Of a stretch of DNA of 64,000 nucleotides, positions 1 to 11,182 are shown piece after piece. Each line of letters begins with the position of its first letter. Within the stretch, counting starts at the first letter, position 1. The position numbers were made by a program, and so were the translations under genes. The notes under the pieces are model-generated. The model did not search any database. It saw only the letters and a list, made by a program, of their open reading frames with translations, and was not told the origin of the DNA. The stretch is from Gammaproteobacteria bacterium (lineage in GTDB: Bacteria > Pseudomonadota > Gammaproteobacteria > UBA4575): the NCBI GenBank assembly GCA_965222615.1, contig CBDCUI010000007.1, positions 320,001 to 384,000 on the forward strand, in the 5' to 3' direction.

Positions 1-523
1 GGGATGCCTCTATCTTCATGGGCATTCATACTCGTCATATTCAAATATGCAAATTCGAGGGCAATTTGCAGTCTTGCTGCAAGACGCTCATCTATTTGCT
101 GAAAGTATAAAAGACAACTTAGCACCCCCCGATCGAGAAATTACTGACGAAGAAATTTGGGCAATATTAGAGAAAGTTGCGCTCAAGGAAAAAATTGAAT
201 CTTTACCAAATAAGTTAAATTCAACACTTGTAGAAGATGGACTCAATTTTTCAGGTGGTCAACGTGCCAGACTGTCATTGGCACGCGCCCTCCTGCTAAA
301 CAGACCTTTTCTGTTACTTGATGAACCCTTAGTGAATATAGACGCTCATTCGCAAAGACTCATTATTTCTACACTTAAAAAAATTAAGCATGATCACACC
401 TTATTGATTATCACGCACCAACCTTCATTGATGGTCCTTGCTGACCATATCTATGAATTAAAAAGTGGGCAGCTTAAACAAGCTGACACCTATAAAAACA
501 AACTTGTAATGAGTGTTGCATGA
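1..523 (+). CDS. ABC transporter ATP-binding domain, C-terminal part (5' end outside window)
   Basis: Signature FSGGQRAR, Walker B LLLDEP, H-loop IITH; no Walker A in the 47..523 ORF. Confidence 0.85.
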   Translation, partial: GCLYLHGHSYSSYSNMQIRGQFAVLLQDAHLFAESIKDNLAPPDREITDEEIWAILEKVALKEKIESLPNKLNSTLVEDGLNFSGGQRARLSLARALLLNRPFLLLDEPLVNIDAHSQRLIISTLKKIKHDHTLLIITHQPSLMVLADHIYELKSGQLKQADTYKNKLVMSVA

Positions 524-1749
524 TAAGCACGGCATTAAATTATCCCATTACACAGCAAAATGACTTAGAACAAGTCATAAATAATGTTTGTCTATACTCT
601 GATCAAATATTGAAACTAATTTCGTCCTCGGGAAGCAGACAAGGTTGGTGGGCGGATGATTTATCGTGGCAACGAATTTACTCACGCTGTGTACCTAGCT
701 CTAATGGAAGTATCTCTGGAAGCATCTCGATGCTCTATGCTGCAAGCCTCGAAGATCGAATACTTTGTTCAGTAAAATTATTTTCAGACCCACCGCCCGG
801 AAATTCACAACATACTATATCAATATACAAGGCTTCGTTAGGTTGGCTATCTCTAGAGCCTTTCCCTAACGATTCAAAATTAACCAGTTTACCAACCTTA
901 ATAGCGGAGCAACCAAACCTTGAAGTAGTGCGGTATCGCCCTGGGAAAAGATGTACTTTCAGAACAGATGATAAAAAATACTTTGTAAAAGTTTTCGCAA
1001 ACGACAAAGGCAAAAAGGTACATAGTCAAAGTATCAATCTATGGAATGCCTGGTTAAAGAATCGCTTGCAATATAGTGTAGCGAAGCCAATTGATTGGAA
1101 TTGCAAAACACGAGCGCTTTGGCAACAAGCAATTGAGGGAGAATCCATCACAGCAGAACTATTTGGGCCTAACGCCGCAACTGTAGCCACACAAATGGGT
1201 CAAGCATGTGCATCAACTGCAAAAAGTACAATCAATCCAGATTTGATCTTTGATTACACTTGCCAAATGCAACGTACTAAACGTTATATCCAAAATATAA
1301 ACGCATGTTTCCCCGAGTTTATTAGCATTACGCAGCCACTAGAGCAACTACTGCAAACAAAAAAATCAATTGCTGATCAAGTTCAATTAAAACCCATACA
1401 TGGCGCACCACATATGCATCAATGGTTGCGCACCCCTGATGGAAACCTTGGTTTAGTTGATTTCGATCGGTTCTCAGTCGGCGCACCAGAACTTGATGTA
1501 GCTACATTTATTGCAGAAATGGATTACGAAAATCAAACCGTTATTCCAAAAGAAAAAATTAATAGTAGTTTTATAGGTGGCTATAAAACAGTCATTGAAG
1601 ATTTATCTCCTGATGTTGTTCAGATTTATCGCGCACATAAACACATTGCTAAAACTTCGAAGTGTGCCATGGCTTTGCGCACTGATAATAAAAAAAGAAC
1701 TATCGATCGATTGCAACGCGCTAAGAAAATCTTGCAAGAGATATCATGA
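520..1749 (+). CDS. aminoglycoside-phosphotransferase (APH)/kinase-like protein
   Basis: RYRPGKRCT, IHGAPHMHQW and LVDFD motifs; overlaps the ABC gene stop. Confidence 0.7.
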   Translation: MISTALNYPITQQNDLEQVINNVCLYSDQILKLISSSGSRQGWWADDLSWQRIYSRCVPSSNGSISGSISMLYAASLEDRILCSVKLFSDPPPGNSQHTISIYKASLGWLSLEPFPNDSKLTSLPTLIAEQPNLEVVRYRPGKRCTFRTDDKKYFVKVFANDKGKKVHSQSINLWNAWLKNRLQYSVAKPIDWNCKTRALWQQAIEGESITAELFGPNAATVATQMGQACASTAKSTINPDLIFDYTCQMQRTKRYIQNINACFPEFISITQPLEQLLQTKKSIADQVQLKPIHGAPHMHQWLRTPDGNLGLVDFDRFSVGAPELDVATFIAEMDYENQTVIPKEKINSSFIGGYKTVIEDLSPDVVQIYRAHKHIAKTSKCAMALRTDNKKRTIDRLQRAKKILQEIS

Positions 1750-2936
1750 GACAACACAAACCAACAGTATTGTTTTATTGTCAACATGCTCGTGGTATGG
1801 GCCACTTGATTCGTTCTATTGCTATTGCAGAAGCACTTGCAAAAAAATTACACATCATCTTTTTAAACGGTGGGGAATTCCCTAATGGTATAAACAAACC
1901 AAAAAATGTGGAACTTATACAGCTTCCTTCTATGGGACTCGATTCCAACCATAAATTGATTAGTCATTCAAAACTTTATTCTACTGAAGCAGCTATCGAA
2001 AAACGTAAACAAATCCTACTAGATATATTTAGGAAAATCGTACCAGATTTTCTATTGATCGAGTTATTTCCCTTTGGTAGAAAAAAATTTGCACCTGAAT
2101 TAATCCCACTTTTAGAAATTGCTAATAACAGTATAAACCGGCCACAAATAATATGTAGCATTAGAGAGCTTTTAGTTACCGGAAGAACTAATCAACAGCA
2201 GCACGATGATCGCGCTGCAGACATATTAGAACACTATTTCGATGCCGTGCTGGTACATGGTGACAAACACTTTGCTACATTAAATGAAACTTTTTCGCCA
2301 AGCAAATCTATAGAGGTGCCGGTTTTTTACACTGGGTTTGTTACCTCACAAAATAAAATGTACCCAAAACAACCGCATAAACAAGACGTACTAGTAGCTG
2401 CGGGCGGCGGACTCGTAGGTGCCCCGTTATTACGGTCTGCAATTTTTACACATTCGATTCTTCAGCATAAATTTTCATTATCAATGAAGATTATTGCTGG
2501 CCCGTTTCTACCTGAGGATGATTGGGTGCAATTAAATTATTTAGTAAAAAACATTAACAACTTACAACTTGTTCGCTCAGTGCCGGATATGCAACATGAG
2601 TTGTCTCAATCGAGAGTATCTATCAGTCAATGTGGCTATAACACTTCTATGGATTTACTCAGCACAAATATTCCTGCGTTAGTAGTTCCGTATGGAGATA
2701 CTTCTGAAAACGAACAATATGAACGTGCTAAACGGTTAGAGCGACTAAGTTTAGTACAGGTGTTATGTGCATCGGAATTGTCACCGTATTCCTTAGCAAC
2801 AGCTATTCAAAAATTACTTTCCTTTAACCCAAAGCCACATCGAATCAAGCTAGATGGTGCTGCGAATACATTGAATATTATGCTTGAACTAATAAACCAC
2901 AAACTCAACTCGAAAAAATGTGTAGCGATACAGTGA
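1746..2936 (+). CDS. glycosyltransferase, GT-B fold (GT28 C-terminal-like)
   Basis: GMGHLIRS, ELFPFGR, SQCGYNT motifs. Confidence 0.85.
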   Translation: MRQHKPTVLFYCQHARGMGHLIRSIAIAEALAKKLHIIFLNGGEFPNGINKPKNVELIQLPSMGLDSNHKLISHSKLYSTEAAIEKRKQILLDIFRKIVPDFLLIELFPFGRKKFAPELIPLLEIANNSINRPQIICSIRELLVTGRTNQQQHDDRAADILEHYFDAVLVHGDKHFATLNETFSPSKSIEVPVFYTGFVTSQNKMYPKQPHKQDVLVAAGGGLVGAPLLRSAIFTHSILQHKFSLSMKIIAGPFLPEDDWVQLNYLVKNINNLQLVRSVPDMQHELSQSRVSISQCGYNTSMDLLSTNIPALVVPYGDTSENEQYERAKRLERLSLVQVLCASELSPYSLATAIQKLLSFNPKPHRIKLDGAANTLNIMLELINHKLNSKKCVAIQ

Positions 2937-3745
2937 TAGACCAAATTCCTAAAAATCTTGATGGTTTTATTGCGTCCATACATGACGCTTTAAACAACAG
3001 TACATATACAAAAAATATTTTCTTTCGAAATGATGATGTAGGGCGGGAAAACGAAAAACTCTACGTATTACTAGATATTTTTAAAAAAGAAAAAGTTCCA
3101 TTAGATCTTGCGATTATTCCAGCAAGTTTAAATAACGAACTAGTTGACTTACTTTCAGCAAGATATCAATCCCAAAAACTAGGATTACATCAACATGGTT
3201 ATAAACATCACAATCATGAAATAACGGGTAAAAAATGTGAATTTGGTAATAATAGAAACAAATCTCAACAATTTCTCGACATATCCAAAGGAAAAGAAAA
3301 GTTATTGGAAACTTTCGGTTCTCAGATTGATCCTGTTTTCACACCACCCTGGAATCGCTGTACTAGTGACACAACGGCTTGCCTAATAGACTGTGGTTAT
3401 TGCGTATTATCTAGAGATCGAAACGCTGAACCTATTGAAACTCACAACATAGGTGAACTACCGGTTGACGTAGACTGGTGCAAATACAGTGATGTGGAAT
3501 CTTTATTTCAATCTATCCTCCACAATATTTCAAATTTCCAAAATATCGGTGTAATGCTTCACCATGCAGTAATGAATGCGACTTCTCTTATGATACTAAG
3601 ACACCTACTTAAACAATTACAAATGAATGAAAAGTGTAATCTTGTATTAATGCGTCAAATTATCAATAGCGACAACGTATTTACTATATCAACTTTAAAC
3701 AGCTGTCATGATTTAGATTTTGTTAGGTCATCATATATAAAATGA
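2918..3745 (+). CDS. polysaccharide deacetylase-like protein
   Basis: FFRNDD, HQHGYKH, FTPPWNR, MLHH motifs. Confidence 0.75.
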   Translation: MCSDTVIDQIPKNLDGFIASIHDALNNSTYTKNIFFRNDDVGRENEKLYVLLDIFKKEKVPLDLAIIPASLNNELVDLLSARYQSQKLGLHQHGYKHHNHEITGKKCEFGNNRNKSQQFLDISKGKEKLLETFGSQIDPVFTPPWNRCTSDTTACLIDCGYCVLSRDRNAEPIETHNIGELPVDVDWCKYSDVESLFQSILHNISNFQNIGVMLHHAVMNATSLMILRHLLKQLQMNEKCNLVLMRQIINSDNVFTISTLNSCHDLDFVRSSYIK

Positions 3746-5379
3746 AAAACACGACATTAGCAACATCAGCCCACACTATAGATCCTATAAAAAATGGGCG
3801 ATGTATCGCTTTATTTCCAGGTGCATTTCGACCACCTCATAAAGCACACATCCTGGCTGTACGATCTTTATGTGAGTGTGAAGAAATCGATGAGATAGTA
3901 ATCATTATTTCAAATCGGTGGCGTCACATAACTGGAACAAACATGGTATTAGGACCGCAGAGTTCTAAAGCGATTTGGAAAATAATTCTTACCGATCAGG
4001 CTTATAGCAAAGTACGTGTTGAAGTTGCACATCATACTGCTATTTCTTATGCACTTAGCTATTTTCAAAAACTTACCCCACAAGATCAAATTTTATTTTG
4101 TTTAGGCAAACAAGATTATCGACATGGTGATGATCGATTTATTGCAATCAAAAAGCTCTCTTCAGAATTTGACATTAAAGCAGACTTAAGAATCCTGCCT
4201 ACAGGAAACGAAAATATCCGCTCTAGTGAATTACGCAAGGCGCTACCTAATCCCTTTGTTGCGCGCGCCTTACTCTCATCATCACTGCCACCAGAGCTTT
4301 CAACACAACAGCGCAATCAAATTCAAAAAATTTGTGAAGATGGACAAAAAGAAATTTCTAAAATTCTCAGCAATAAGTTAAAGAAGGTACTGCATGATCA
4401 TGGAATGCTCATGATTAAAGATATACATGTTGCAGGAAATAATATTCTTGATTCTACGTTTAAAATTTCACTAAAAAATGGAACACACTACTATGGAAAA
4501 TATACTGGAGACGCTGTTCACACCTCTAATCATAAACCAAGCAACCGTATTTCTATAGAAAAACGTGCTTTATCACGAATCCATCGGATCATTGATAAGG
4601 AAATTCAGCTTCCTGAAGTTGTCATATTTGATAAAAAATACCGCACTCTGATCGTAACTGATGCATGCCCGCATGGCGAGCCGCTTGAGAAACAAATTAT
4701 AAATGGTATTTGTTCGAAAAAAGCCTTACAAAATATTGTTATTTTTTTAAACAAATGTCACCAAGCTAGAAAAATAAAGCCAATCCGAAAGGATTTTAAA
4801 GAAGATATTACACATTGGCACTCTATGCTTGGTGCAATTGGTAGTAACCATCCAATATTGCCTAGCCACAAGCTATTAAATAAAGAGCTATGTTTATTAC
4901 ATAAAAAAAGCTCTAGTTCTGCACTAGAATGTTTTATGTTATTAGATAATTCGCCCTCACATTATCTAATTGATAGTGATGGCAAGGTCGCAAGAATTAA
5001 TTTTGAATATTGTAGTAGCTTTGGCGACCCTGCTTACGATCTCGGAGAATTTCTAGCACATATAATATTAGCAACCATAATAAAATATCAATCAAAGTAT
5101 AACTTTTCAACACTTTCTATTCTCAACTACTACAAGCATTCCACAAATGAAACTTTGTATGAGTTTAATTCTAGAGTTATCAATTATATTGGCGCACACA
5201 TATTAAAGTTATTAGCGGATCGTGGCGAAACATATCTTTCAGAAATACAGAATTTACTCCAATACTGGGCAATAGACTTACTAAAGATCAAGCCTAATAA
5301 AAATTATTCTATTGTTGGTACATTACAGAGTAGCTTTAAAAATCAACTGCATGCAAAAACAGTAAAGGAATACAATTAA
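3742..5379 (+). CDS. cytidylyltransferase-like domain fused to a phosphotransferase-like domain
   Basis: N-terminal FPGAFRPPHKAH (HxxH) and IRSSELR; C-terminal INFEY and GDPAYDLG. Confidence 0.6.
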   Translation: MKNTTLATSAHTIDPIKNGRCIALFPGAFRPPHKAHILAVRSLCECEEIDEIVIIISNRWRHITGTNMVLGPQSSKAIWKIILTDQAYSKVRVEVAHHTAISYALSYFQKLTPQDQILFCLGKQDYRHGDDRFIAIKKLSSEFDIKADLRILPTGNENIRSSELRKALPNPFVARALLSSSLPPELSTQQRNQIQKICEDGQKEISKILSNKLKKVLHDHGMLMIKDIHVAGNNILDSTFKISLKNGTHYYGKYTGDAVHTSNHKPSNRISIEKRALSRIHRIIDKEIQLPEVVIFDKKYRTLIVTDACPHGEPLEKQIINGICSKKALQNIVIFLNKCHQARKIKPIRKDFKEDITHWHSMLGAIGSNHPILPSHKLLNKELCLLHKKSSSSALECFMLLDNSPSHYLIDSDGKVARINFEYCSSFGDPAYDLGEFLAHIILATIIKYQSKYNFSTLSILNYYKHSTNETLYEFNSRVINYIGAHILKLLADRGETYLSEIQNLLQYWAIDLLKIKPNKNYSIVGTLQSSFKNQLHAKTVKEYN

Positions 5380-5397
5380 AAATATAGGGAAATAATT

Positions 5398-6852
5398 ATG
5401 AAAATATTACAAATACTATTTGTACTGTTAATATTTACTAACACATTATGCGCAGAGCAAACAGTAACTCAACAAAAACAAACTTCAAAAAAAATACCAA
5501 AAGAATTGCTACAACGCCAAGATGATAAACGGCCTGATGATCAATATACAATTGATCTATTTGGAAGGCCGCTTGTGATTGGAGGTGAATACGAAGCCAC
5601 ATTAACACATGAAGAAGACTACACATTAGACAAACGAGAAAGAGATGATCTTCTAAACTTTAACAATGAACTTCAATTAGAATTATTCTATATGTTAAGT
5701 AATAAAATATTCGCTTTTGCCGAAACAAAAGTTGAAATTAATGATGACTTATATGCTGAAGATGATAAAGAAAAATCTGAAACAGCATTAGATCGTGGGG
5801 AACTATGGTTTTATTTTAGTAGGCTATTTGAAAGTAATTTAAGCTTGCAACTTGGCCGGCAGAACTACCAAAGTATTCGCGAATGGTGGTGGGATGATGA
5901 TTTAGATGCAATCCGACTACACTATAATCTTGAATACCTACATGGAGAAATTTCTATTGCTGAAGAGATTGATCGAGTATCGACTAGAGAAGATATCGAT
6001 CCAAATGAAAAAGATATCACGCGTATACTCAGCCAAATAAATTGGCAATGGAATGAAAATCATTATCTAGGTATTTATTACTTGTATCACGATGACCACT
6101 CAAGCACGCCTGAGATTGGCCGCATTTTCGATGAAGATGAAAGTGATGACGTCGATTCAAAACTCACATGGTTCGGTTTTGATACTAGGGGAAAATTAAA
6201 AACTGAAAATCTAGGAAAAATATATTATTGGTCAAACTTGGCTTTTGTCCGTGGTCAAGATTCTGTGGTCGATTTCGATGATTTATCTTCTGAACTAATC
6301 ATCGTTAATAAAATTAAACGGCAAAATGTAAGAGGATGGGGGATAGACTTAGGTGCCACCTTTCGTACTAAGCTACCTCTTTCACCCAACTTGACAGTAG
6401 CTTATGCCACCACTTCAAAAGATAACAATTTAGAAACGGGTACAGACCGAACATTCCGGCAAACAGGTCTACAAGACAACAACTATAAATTTAGAGGTGT
6501 AGATCGATTTAGATATTATGGCGAACTGCTACGACCGGAATTATCTAACTTGAGAATTTTTACTGCAGCTGTAGGCATTCCTATACTTAACAACAGTTCC
6601 ATTGAACTCATTTATCATAACTACAGACAAGTAGCAAAAGCAGATTTTTTACGTGAAATAGACATTGATGCTGATCCCAATGGGCGTAAAAAAGATATTG
6701 GGGACGAACTAGATTTAATATTTGGAGTTAAAGAATGGAAACATGTGGAATTAGAATTTATCAGTTCGATTTTTAAACCTGGCAATGCATTTGATAGCAG
6801 CAATAATGATCCTGCACATAAATTTGAATTTAAATTTAGTTATAATTTTTGA
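5398..6852 (+). CDS. alginate-export (AlgE) family outer-membrane beta-barrel
   Basis: Signal peptide, WWWDDDLDA, FRQTGLQDN, YYGELLRPELSNL, terminal Phe. Confidence 0.8.
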   Translation: MKILQILFVLLIFTNTLCAEQTVTQQKQTSKKIPKELLQRQDDKRPDDQYTIDLFGRPLVIGGEYEATLTHEEDYTLDKRERDDLLNFNNELQLELFYMLSNKIFAFAETKVEINDDLYAEDDKEKSETALDRGELWFYFSRLFESNLSLQLGRQNYQSIREWWWDDDLDAIRLHYNLEYLHGEISIAEEIDRVSTREDIDPNEKDITRILSQINWQWNENHYLGIYYLYHDDHSSTPEIGRIFDEDESDDVDSKLTWFGFDTRGKLKTENLGKIYYWSNLAFVRGQDSVVDFDDLSSELIIVNKIKRQNVRGWGIDLGATFRTKLPLSPNLTVAYATTSKDNNLETGTDRTFRQTGLQDNNYKFRGVDRFRYYGELLRPELSNLRIFTAAVGIPILNNSSIELIYHNYRQVAKADFLREIDIDADPNGRKKDIGDELDLIFGVKEWKHVELEFISSIFKPGNAFDSSNNDPAHKFEFKFSYNF

Positions 6853-6935
6853 TATTTCTTAATCTTAGACAAAATCAACAACTAAGTGCACCACAATTGA
6901 CTAAAGTAGCAACATAAATATTTAGGTAGAACACT

Positions 6936-7110
6936 CCACAGGGTAATCTGATAGTTTAAGGTTTACAACAACTTCAAGATCAGGAGACTTTTATGTATTA
7001 TATCCATCTTGGCGCACGCGGACGTATGCGTATCTTTTATTTAACCTAATATGGCTAAGACTGAGAGACGTTTGAATAGATTCGCAGCTGGGCACTCGAT
7101 TTTTACGTGA
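6936..7110 (+). mobile_element. possible degraded IS30-like left end
   Basis: RBS followed by a short MYYIHLGARGRMRIFYLT* reading that resembles an IS30 transposase N-terminus; weak. Confidence 0.3.
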
Positions 7111-7420
7111 TAAATTAATTGGGAAATAAAGCTTAGTCATATTTAAAATTATTATTGATTATTCATCTTTTCTAATACTAATGGTGACAACATCACTCAC
7201 ACAATAACAACGATAAGAATTTATAAGTTTACTTGTTTTGCGCATTATCAAATAAACACTTCTAATCCATTTTAGTTCTCGACCATTATTTCAACCGCTT
7301 TTCCAATAACATCGCTTCTTGATTAATTATTTGATATTTTTCTCGTGTATTGAGATTGAATAGACATATTTTCACTTGAATTGTAAATATGATTCACTCT
7401 AAATAATTCTTAACAATGTA

Positions 7421-9025
7421 ATGACACAAGCAATAAAATCTTGGATTAGTTGTATAGATAGCTTAGCTCGTCATTCCATTTTATCGATTACTGCATTGGC
7501 GACATTAGCACTGTTCCTTTGTATCCTGCCTAGTTTCTTTGCCGATCTACCAATTCCTTCCGTTCATGACGAAAGAGGTTACTGGTTAAGCGCGGAAACA
7601 TTTGCGCAGGGGCGCCTAACCAACCCAACCCATCCTCATTGGAAACATTTCGAAACAATTCACCAATTGCAAGTGCCTAGTTACCAGTCTAAATATCCGC
7701 CGGCACAGGGATTAATCATGGCTTTGGGTCTCAAACTTGGTCATCCGATTTACGGGGTGTGGCTGAGTATCGCATTTATGGTCGGTGCTATCGTTTGGAT
7801 GATGCAGGCCTGGCTACCACCACGGTGGGCGGTAATTGGTGGCTTTGTCGCCATACTGCAATTTATATTGATAGGAAAGGCACATTCAACTGGAGACTGG
7901 GGATATTGGAGTCAGACCTATTGGGGCGGAGCAATGGCCGCAACGGGAGGCGCACTGCTGTTTGGTGCAGTAAAAAGGTTAGTCAAAGCGCCCAGCATAA
8001 GCGCTACTTTTGCTTTGTGTCTGGGTGCATCGATATTGGCACTGAGCAGACCGAAGGAAGGCTTTTTAGTATTTGCCTTGGTCGCAGTGTTATTGGCTAT
8101 ATGGTTTTTTCGATTACGTGGCCAAAACTTACGAGATGCCATGGTAAAAGTGATTCTACCTGCAATTGTATTGATATCCTGCACTTTTGTATTTATTGGT
8201 ATTTATAACAAAGAAGTAACTGGAAATGCCTGGGAGATGCCGTGGCAAACACATTATAAACAATATGTTGTCTTCCCTATTTGGCTTTGGGGTGAACCAC
8301 GCACCGATGTAGTATGGAATAACAAACAATTGCAGGAATTTCATGGTGGATGGGAGCTAGAACTCTATACACGCCACAGCGGTTTAAAAGGATTTATAAC
8401 CACATCATTGCGCAAAATTGCCAGATTCTGGGTATTTTATATCGGGCCAATTTTTTCACTAGCACTGTTAACCTTACCATGGATATTAAGAAGTCGTTGG
8501 ATGCTTTTAATATTTGCCAGCATCGCTTTAATTTTCGTTAATAACCTCGTATCGTTTGCCGCTTTCCCCCACTATTCCGCACCAATTACGGCGGCTATCG
8601 TACTCTTGATAACAGCAGGGTTACGTCATCTTTACCATTTTCGTTGGCGCGAAATTGCTGTCGGACAAAAACTTGTACTTGCCATGTTTGCGCTAGCCAT
8701 ACTACAACTTTTAATTGCTTTCCCAAATGTAGTTAAAGACATGAACAACACTGGATTACGCGAAAAAATACGAGCTCAATTACTTGAGAACTCGCAAAAA
8801 GATTTGTTGTTTATCCGCTATGGGCCTAAACGTGGTGTGCACAGTGAATGGGTATTTAATGCAGCTGATATAAATGGATCAGAAGTTATATGGGCACGGG
8901 AATTAAGCAAAGAGCAAAATGAATCACTAATAAATTACTACCCAGACCGCAAAGTATGGTTAGTAAAAGTGGGTTTTGATGAAACGCCACAGTTACTGCC
9001 TTATCCAACAACAATTCATAATTAG
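7421..9025 (+). CDS. polytopic membrane protein, probable GT-C glycosyltransferase
   Basis: HDE motif after first TM, SKYPP, many hydrophobic helices. Confidence 0.6.
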   Translation: MTQAIKSWISCIDSLARHSILSITALATLALFLCILPSFFADLPIPSVHDERGYWLSAETFAQGRLTNPTHPHWKHFETIHQLQVPSYQSKYPPAQGLIMALGLKLGHPIYGVWLSIAFMVGAIVWMMQAWLPPRWAVIGGFVAILQFILIGKAHSTGDWGYWSQTYWGGAMAATGGALLFGAVKRLVKAPSISATFALCLGASILALSRPKEGFLVFALVAVLLAIWFFRLRGQNLRDAMVKVILPAIVLISCTFVFIGIYNKEVTGNAWEMPWQTHYKQYVVFPIWLWGEPRTDVVWNNKQLQEFHGGWELELYTRHSGLKGFITTSLRKIARFWVFYIGPIFSLALLTLPWILRSRWMLLIFASIALIFVNNLVSFAAFPHYSAPITAAIVLLITAGLRHLYHFRWREIAVGQKLVLAMFALAILQLLIAFPNVVKDMNNTGLREKIRAQLLENSQKDLLFIRYGPKRGVHSEWVFNAADINGSEVIWARELSKEQNESLINYYPDRKVWLVKVGFDETPQLLPYPTTIHN

Positions 9026-9326
9026 TTATTTAACACTTATTTAAAGCCAAAGAAATAGAATATAAAGTCTTACTTGACCAAGCCACACTTAAGCTACGTG
9101 CTTATTCAAAAGAAACTGTTATAGCTGAAAAATGTCATGCCTTAGTAGAGTTTGGCATAACAACTATTTTCTTGAAAGACTTTTATGATTTATATGTGAT
9201 GGTTAGTAAATTTCAAAGGCGGGTCTGGTCGTTAGCACTCTATTTTCAATTAACTAAAGGTGGTACGAGATCCAATGCTTAAGGTTTGCTTACATGATTA
9301 ATATACTCAACTAGATAAATTGAGAT

Positions 9327-9893
9327 TTAGTGAAGCAGATGTTCAATTCCGGAAGCAAAATGGCGACCATTAATTAGATTCTCAGTCATTGAGCCGAGTT
9401 CAATGACTAATTGCTTTTCATCATCAGTGAATTTTCTAGCCCGAGTATCTACTAAGCACAGCGTCCCAATATTCATGCCCGAATCAGTTTGTAATACATA
9501 ACTTATATAGAATCGAACCCAAGGCTTACCAACCACTTGTGGGTTACCAAAGGTTCGACTGTCTTCTTTCGTATCATAAATTTCGTAAATTCGCTCTTTC
9601 GGATTACGGGATGTAACCTCACAAATTGCATGGGCACAAATGGAAATATCTCGTGGCACCTCTGTGGCATCAATCCCCCAGGCCGACTTAAACCACTGAC
9701 GATCTACATCCATTAGAGTAACGAGGCAAATTGGTACTTCAAGTTTTTCAGCTGCAAACCGCGTAATGCAGTCAAGCCGAATATCTGGTGGAGTATCCAG
9801 AACATCAAGTGCATGCAGCGCCTGTAACCGGTGTAATTCATTTTCAGGAAATGAAGCAACTATCAAAGATCTACCCTCCAACCCTCCAACCAT
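9327..9893 (-). CDS. stand-alone GAF-domain protein
   Basis: ENELHRLQAL, DRQWFKS, SICAHAI, IGTLCLVD. Confidence 0.8.
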   Translation of the reverse strand: MVGGLEGRSLIVASFPENELHRLQALHALDVLDTPPDIRLDCITRFAAEKLEVPICLVTLMDVDRQWFKSAWGIDATEVPRDISICAHAICEVTSRNPKERIYEIYDTKEDSRTFGNPQVVGKPWVRFYISYVLQTDSGMNIGTLCLVDTRARKFTDDEKQLVIELGSMTENLINGRHFASGIEHLLH

Positions 9894-10126
9894 CCAAAAT
9901 AAATAAAAATATAGTAACTATATCTCGCATTTATAGATAGAAAGTTTAATTTAATATTATTAATATTATTTATAGTGAACACACAGGTGTAACCAATGTA
10001 ATCAATATCCGTTTAACGACACTGTGCGCTTACACATACATAAAACAAAATTTATTTTTAAATAGAGAAATGAGATTAACGTTATTAGTCTCTATTATAC
10101 TTATTTTCTCAACTATATTTATCTTC

Positions 10127-11182
10127 TCAACAATCACATATAGGATCGCGAATCAGCATAATACCAAAAGGAATATCCCCTGTTGTCACCGATCTTCCAT
10201 TCATTGGGATACCATTATCATCCAGATCATAAATACTCGTGAATTCGGACCCGGAATAACTATGAGTCACGAATAATTTGTGGTTGGTAATAGAAACCAT
10301 CACATTGTGAGGAAAAGGTAGAGCTGCATCTACTGGGCTACCTTCGACAAAACTAAAGTCTTTTAAGTCAATTGTATATAAAGATCCACTACCGTTACCT
10401 GATTCAATATCAGTTACATATAGATGGGTTTCTTGCTCATTCGCCCATATTCCATGAGCACCGGGAATATCCAAAGTACCTGTCACCCTGAGTTGTCTTG
10501 GATTGATTCTTAAAACCTTCCCATTATCTTGAGTGGCCACATATAACTTACTTTTTTTAAATCCCCAAAAGAGAAGATGAGGATCTCCACCAACCTTTAG
10601 CCGCCGCTTTTCTTTAAAAGTTTTACCACTATATTTTATTAACCAGCCTTCTTCTTTTCCTGTTGTAGAAAATAAACTTACAATAGCCGAATTTTTAGTT
10701 ACAGTAATATCATGAGGCTTAAAATCAGCAGCCAAATCTTCCGGAATTGGAACCGTTGCGAGCACTTCTTTTGTTTCAAGGGAAATAACTGTCATTGTTT
10801 TGTCAATATCATTGACCACCCACATTTGACCCAATTCACCGTGGTTCCACATATGGAAGACCCCATTACCAGTGGGAATTTCAGCCGTTCTTCGCAAACG
10901 CAATGCATCGTAAACTAACACCCGACTATGTCCTCGATCTCCTATCCAGATTTCATCGGAAAAGAAAGGGTTTTGTGCATACATTGGCTCAGATCCTTCT
11001 TCCAACTCAATCTGAACTTTCCTTTCACTTTCCATATCAATCAAAGTGACAGTTTCAGCATTACGATTGGCTACGGCGATTTTTGTCCCCGTGGGAGATG
11101 GAGGAGTTCCTGGTCGTGGAGGCAATTCTGCAAATACAGTTTGCGCAAAGAAAAATAAAACGAAAGCAACCCAGTAGTTCAT
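10127..11182 (-). CDS. secreted YncE/YVTN-like beta-propeller protein
   Basis: Signal peptide; repeated PH/AHG-I and LYVT blades. Confidence 0.7.
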   Translation of the reverse strand: MNYWVAFVLFFFAQTVFAELPPRPGTPPSPTGTKIAVANRNAETVTLIDMESERKVQIELEEGSEPMYAQNPFFSDEIWIGDRGHSRVLVYDALRLRRTAEIPTGNGVFHMWNHGELGQMWVVNDIDKTMTVISLETKEVLATVPIPEDLAADFKPHDITVTKNSAIVSLFSTTGKEEGWLIKYSGKTFKEKRRLKVGGDPHLLFWGFKKSKLYVATQDNGKVLRINPRQLRVTGTLDIPGAHGIWANEQETHLYVTDIESGNGSGSLYTIDLKDFSFVEGSPVDAALPFPHNVMVSITNHKLFVTHSYSGSEFTSIYDLDDNGIPMNGRSVTTGDIPFGIMLIRDPICDC

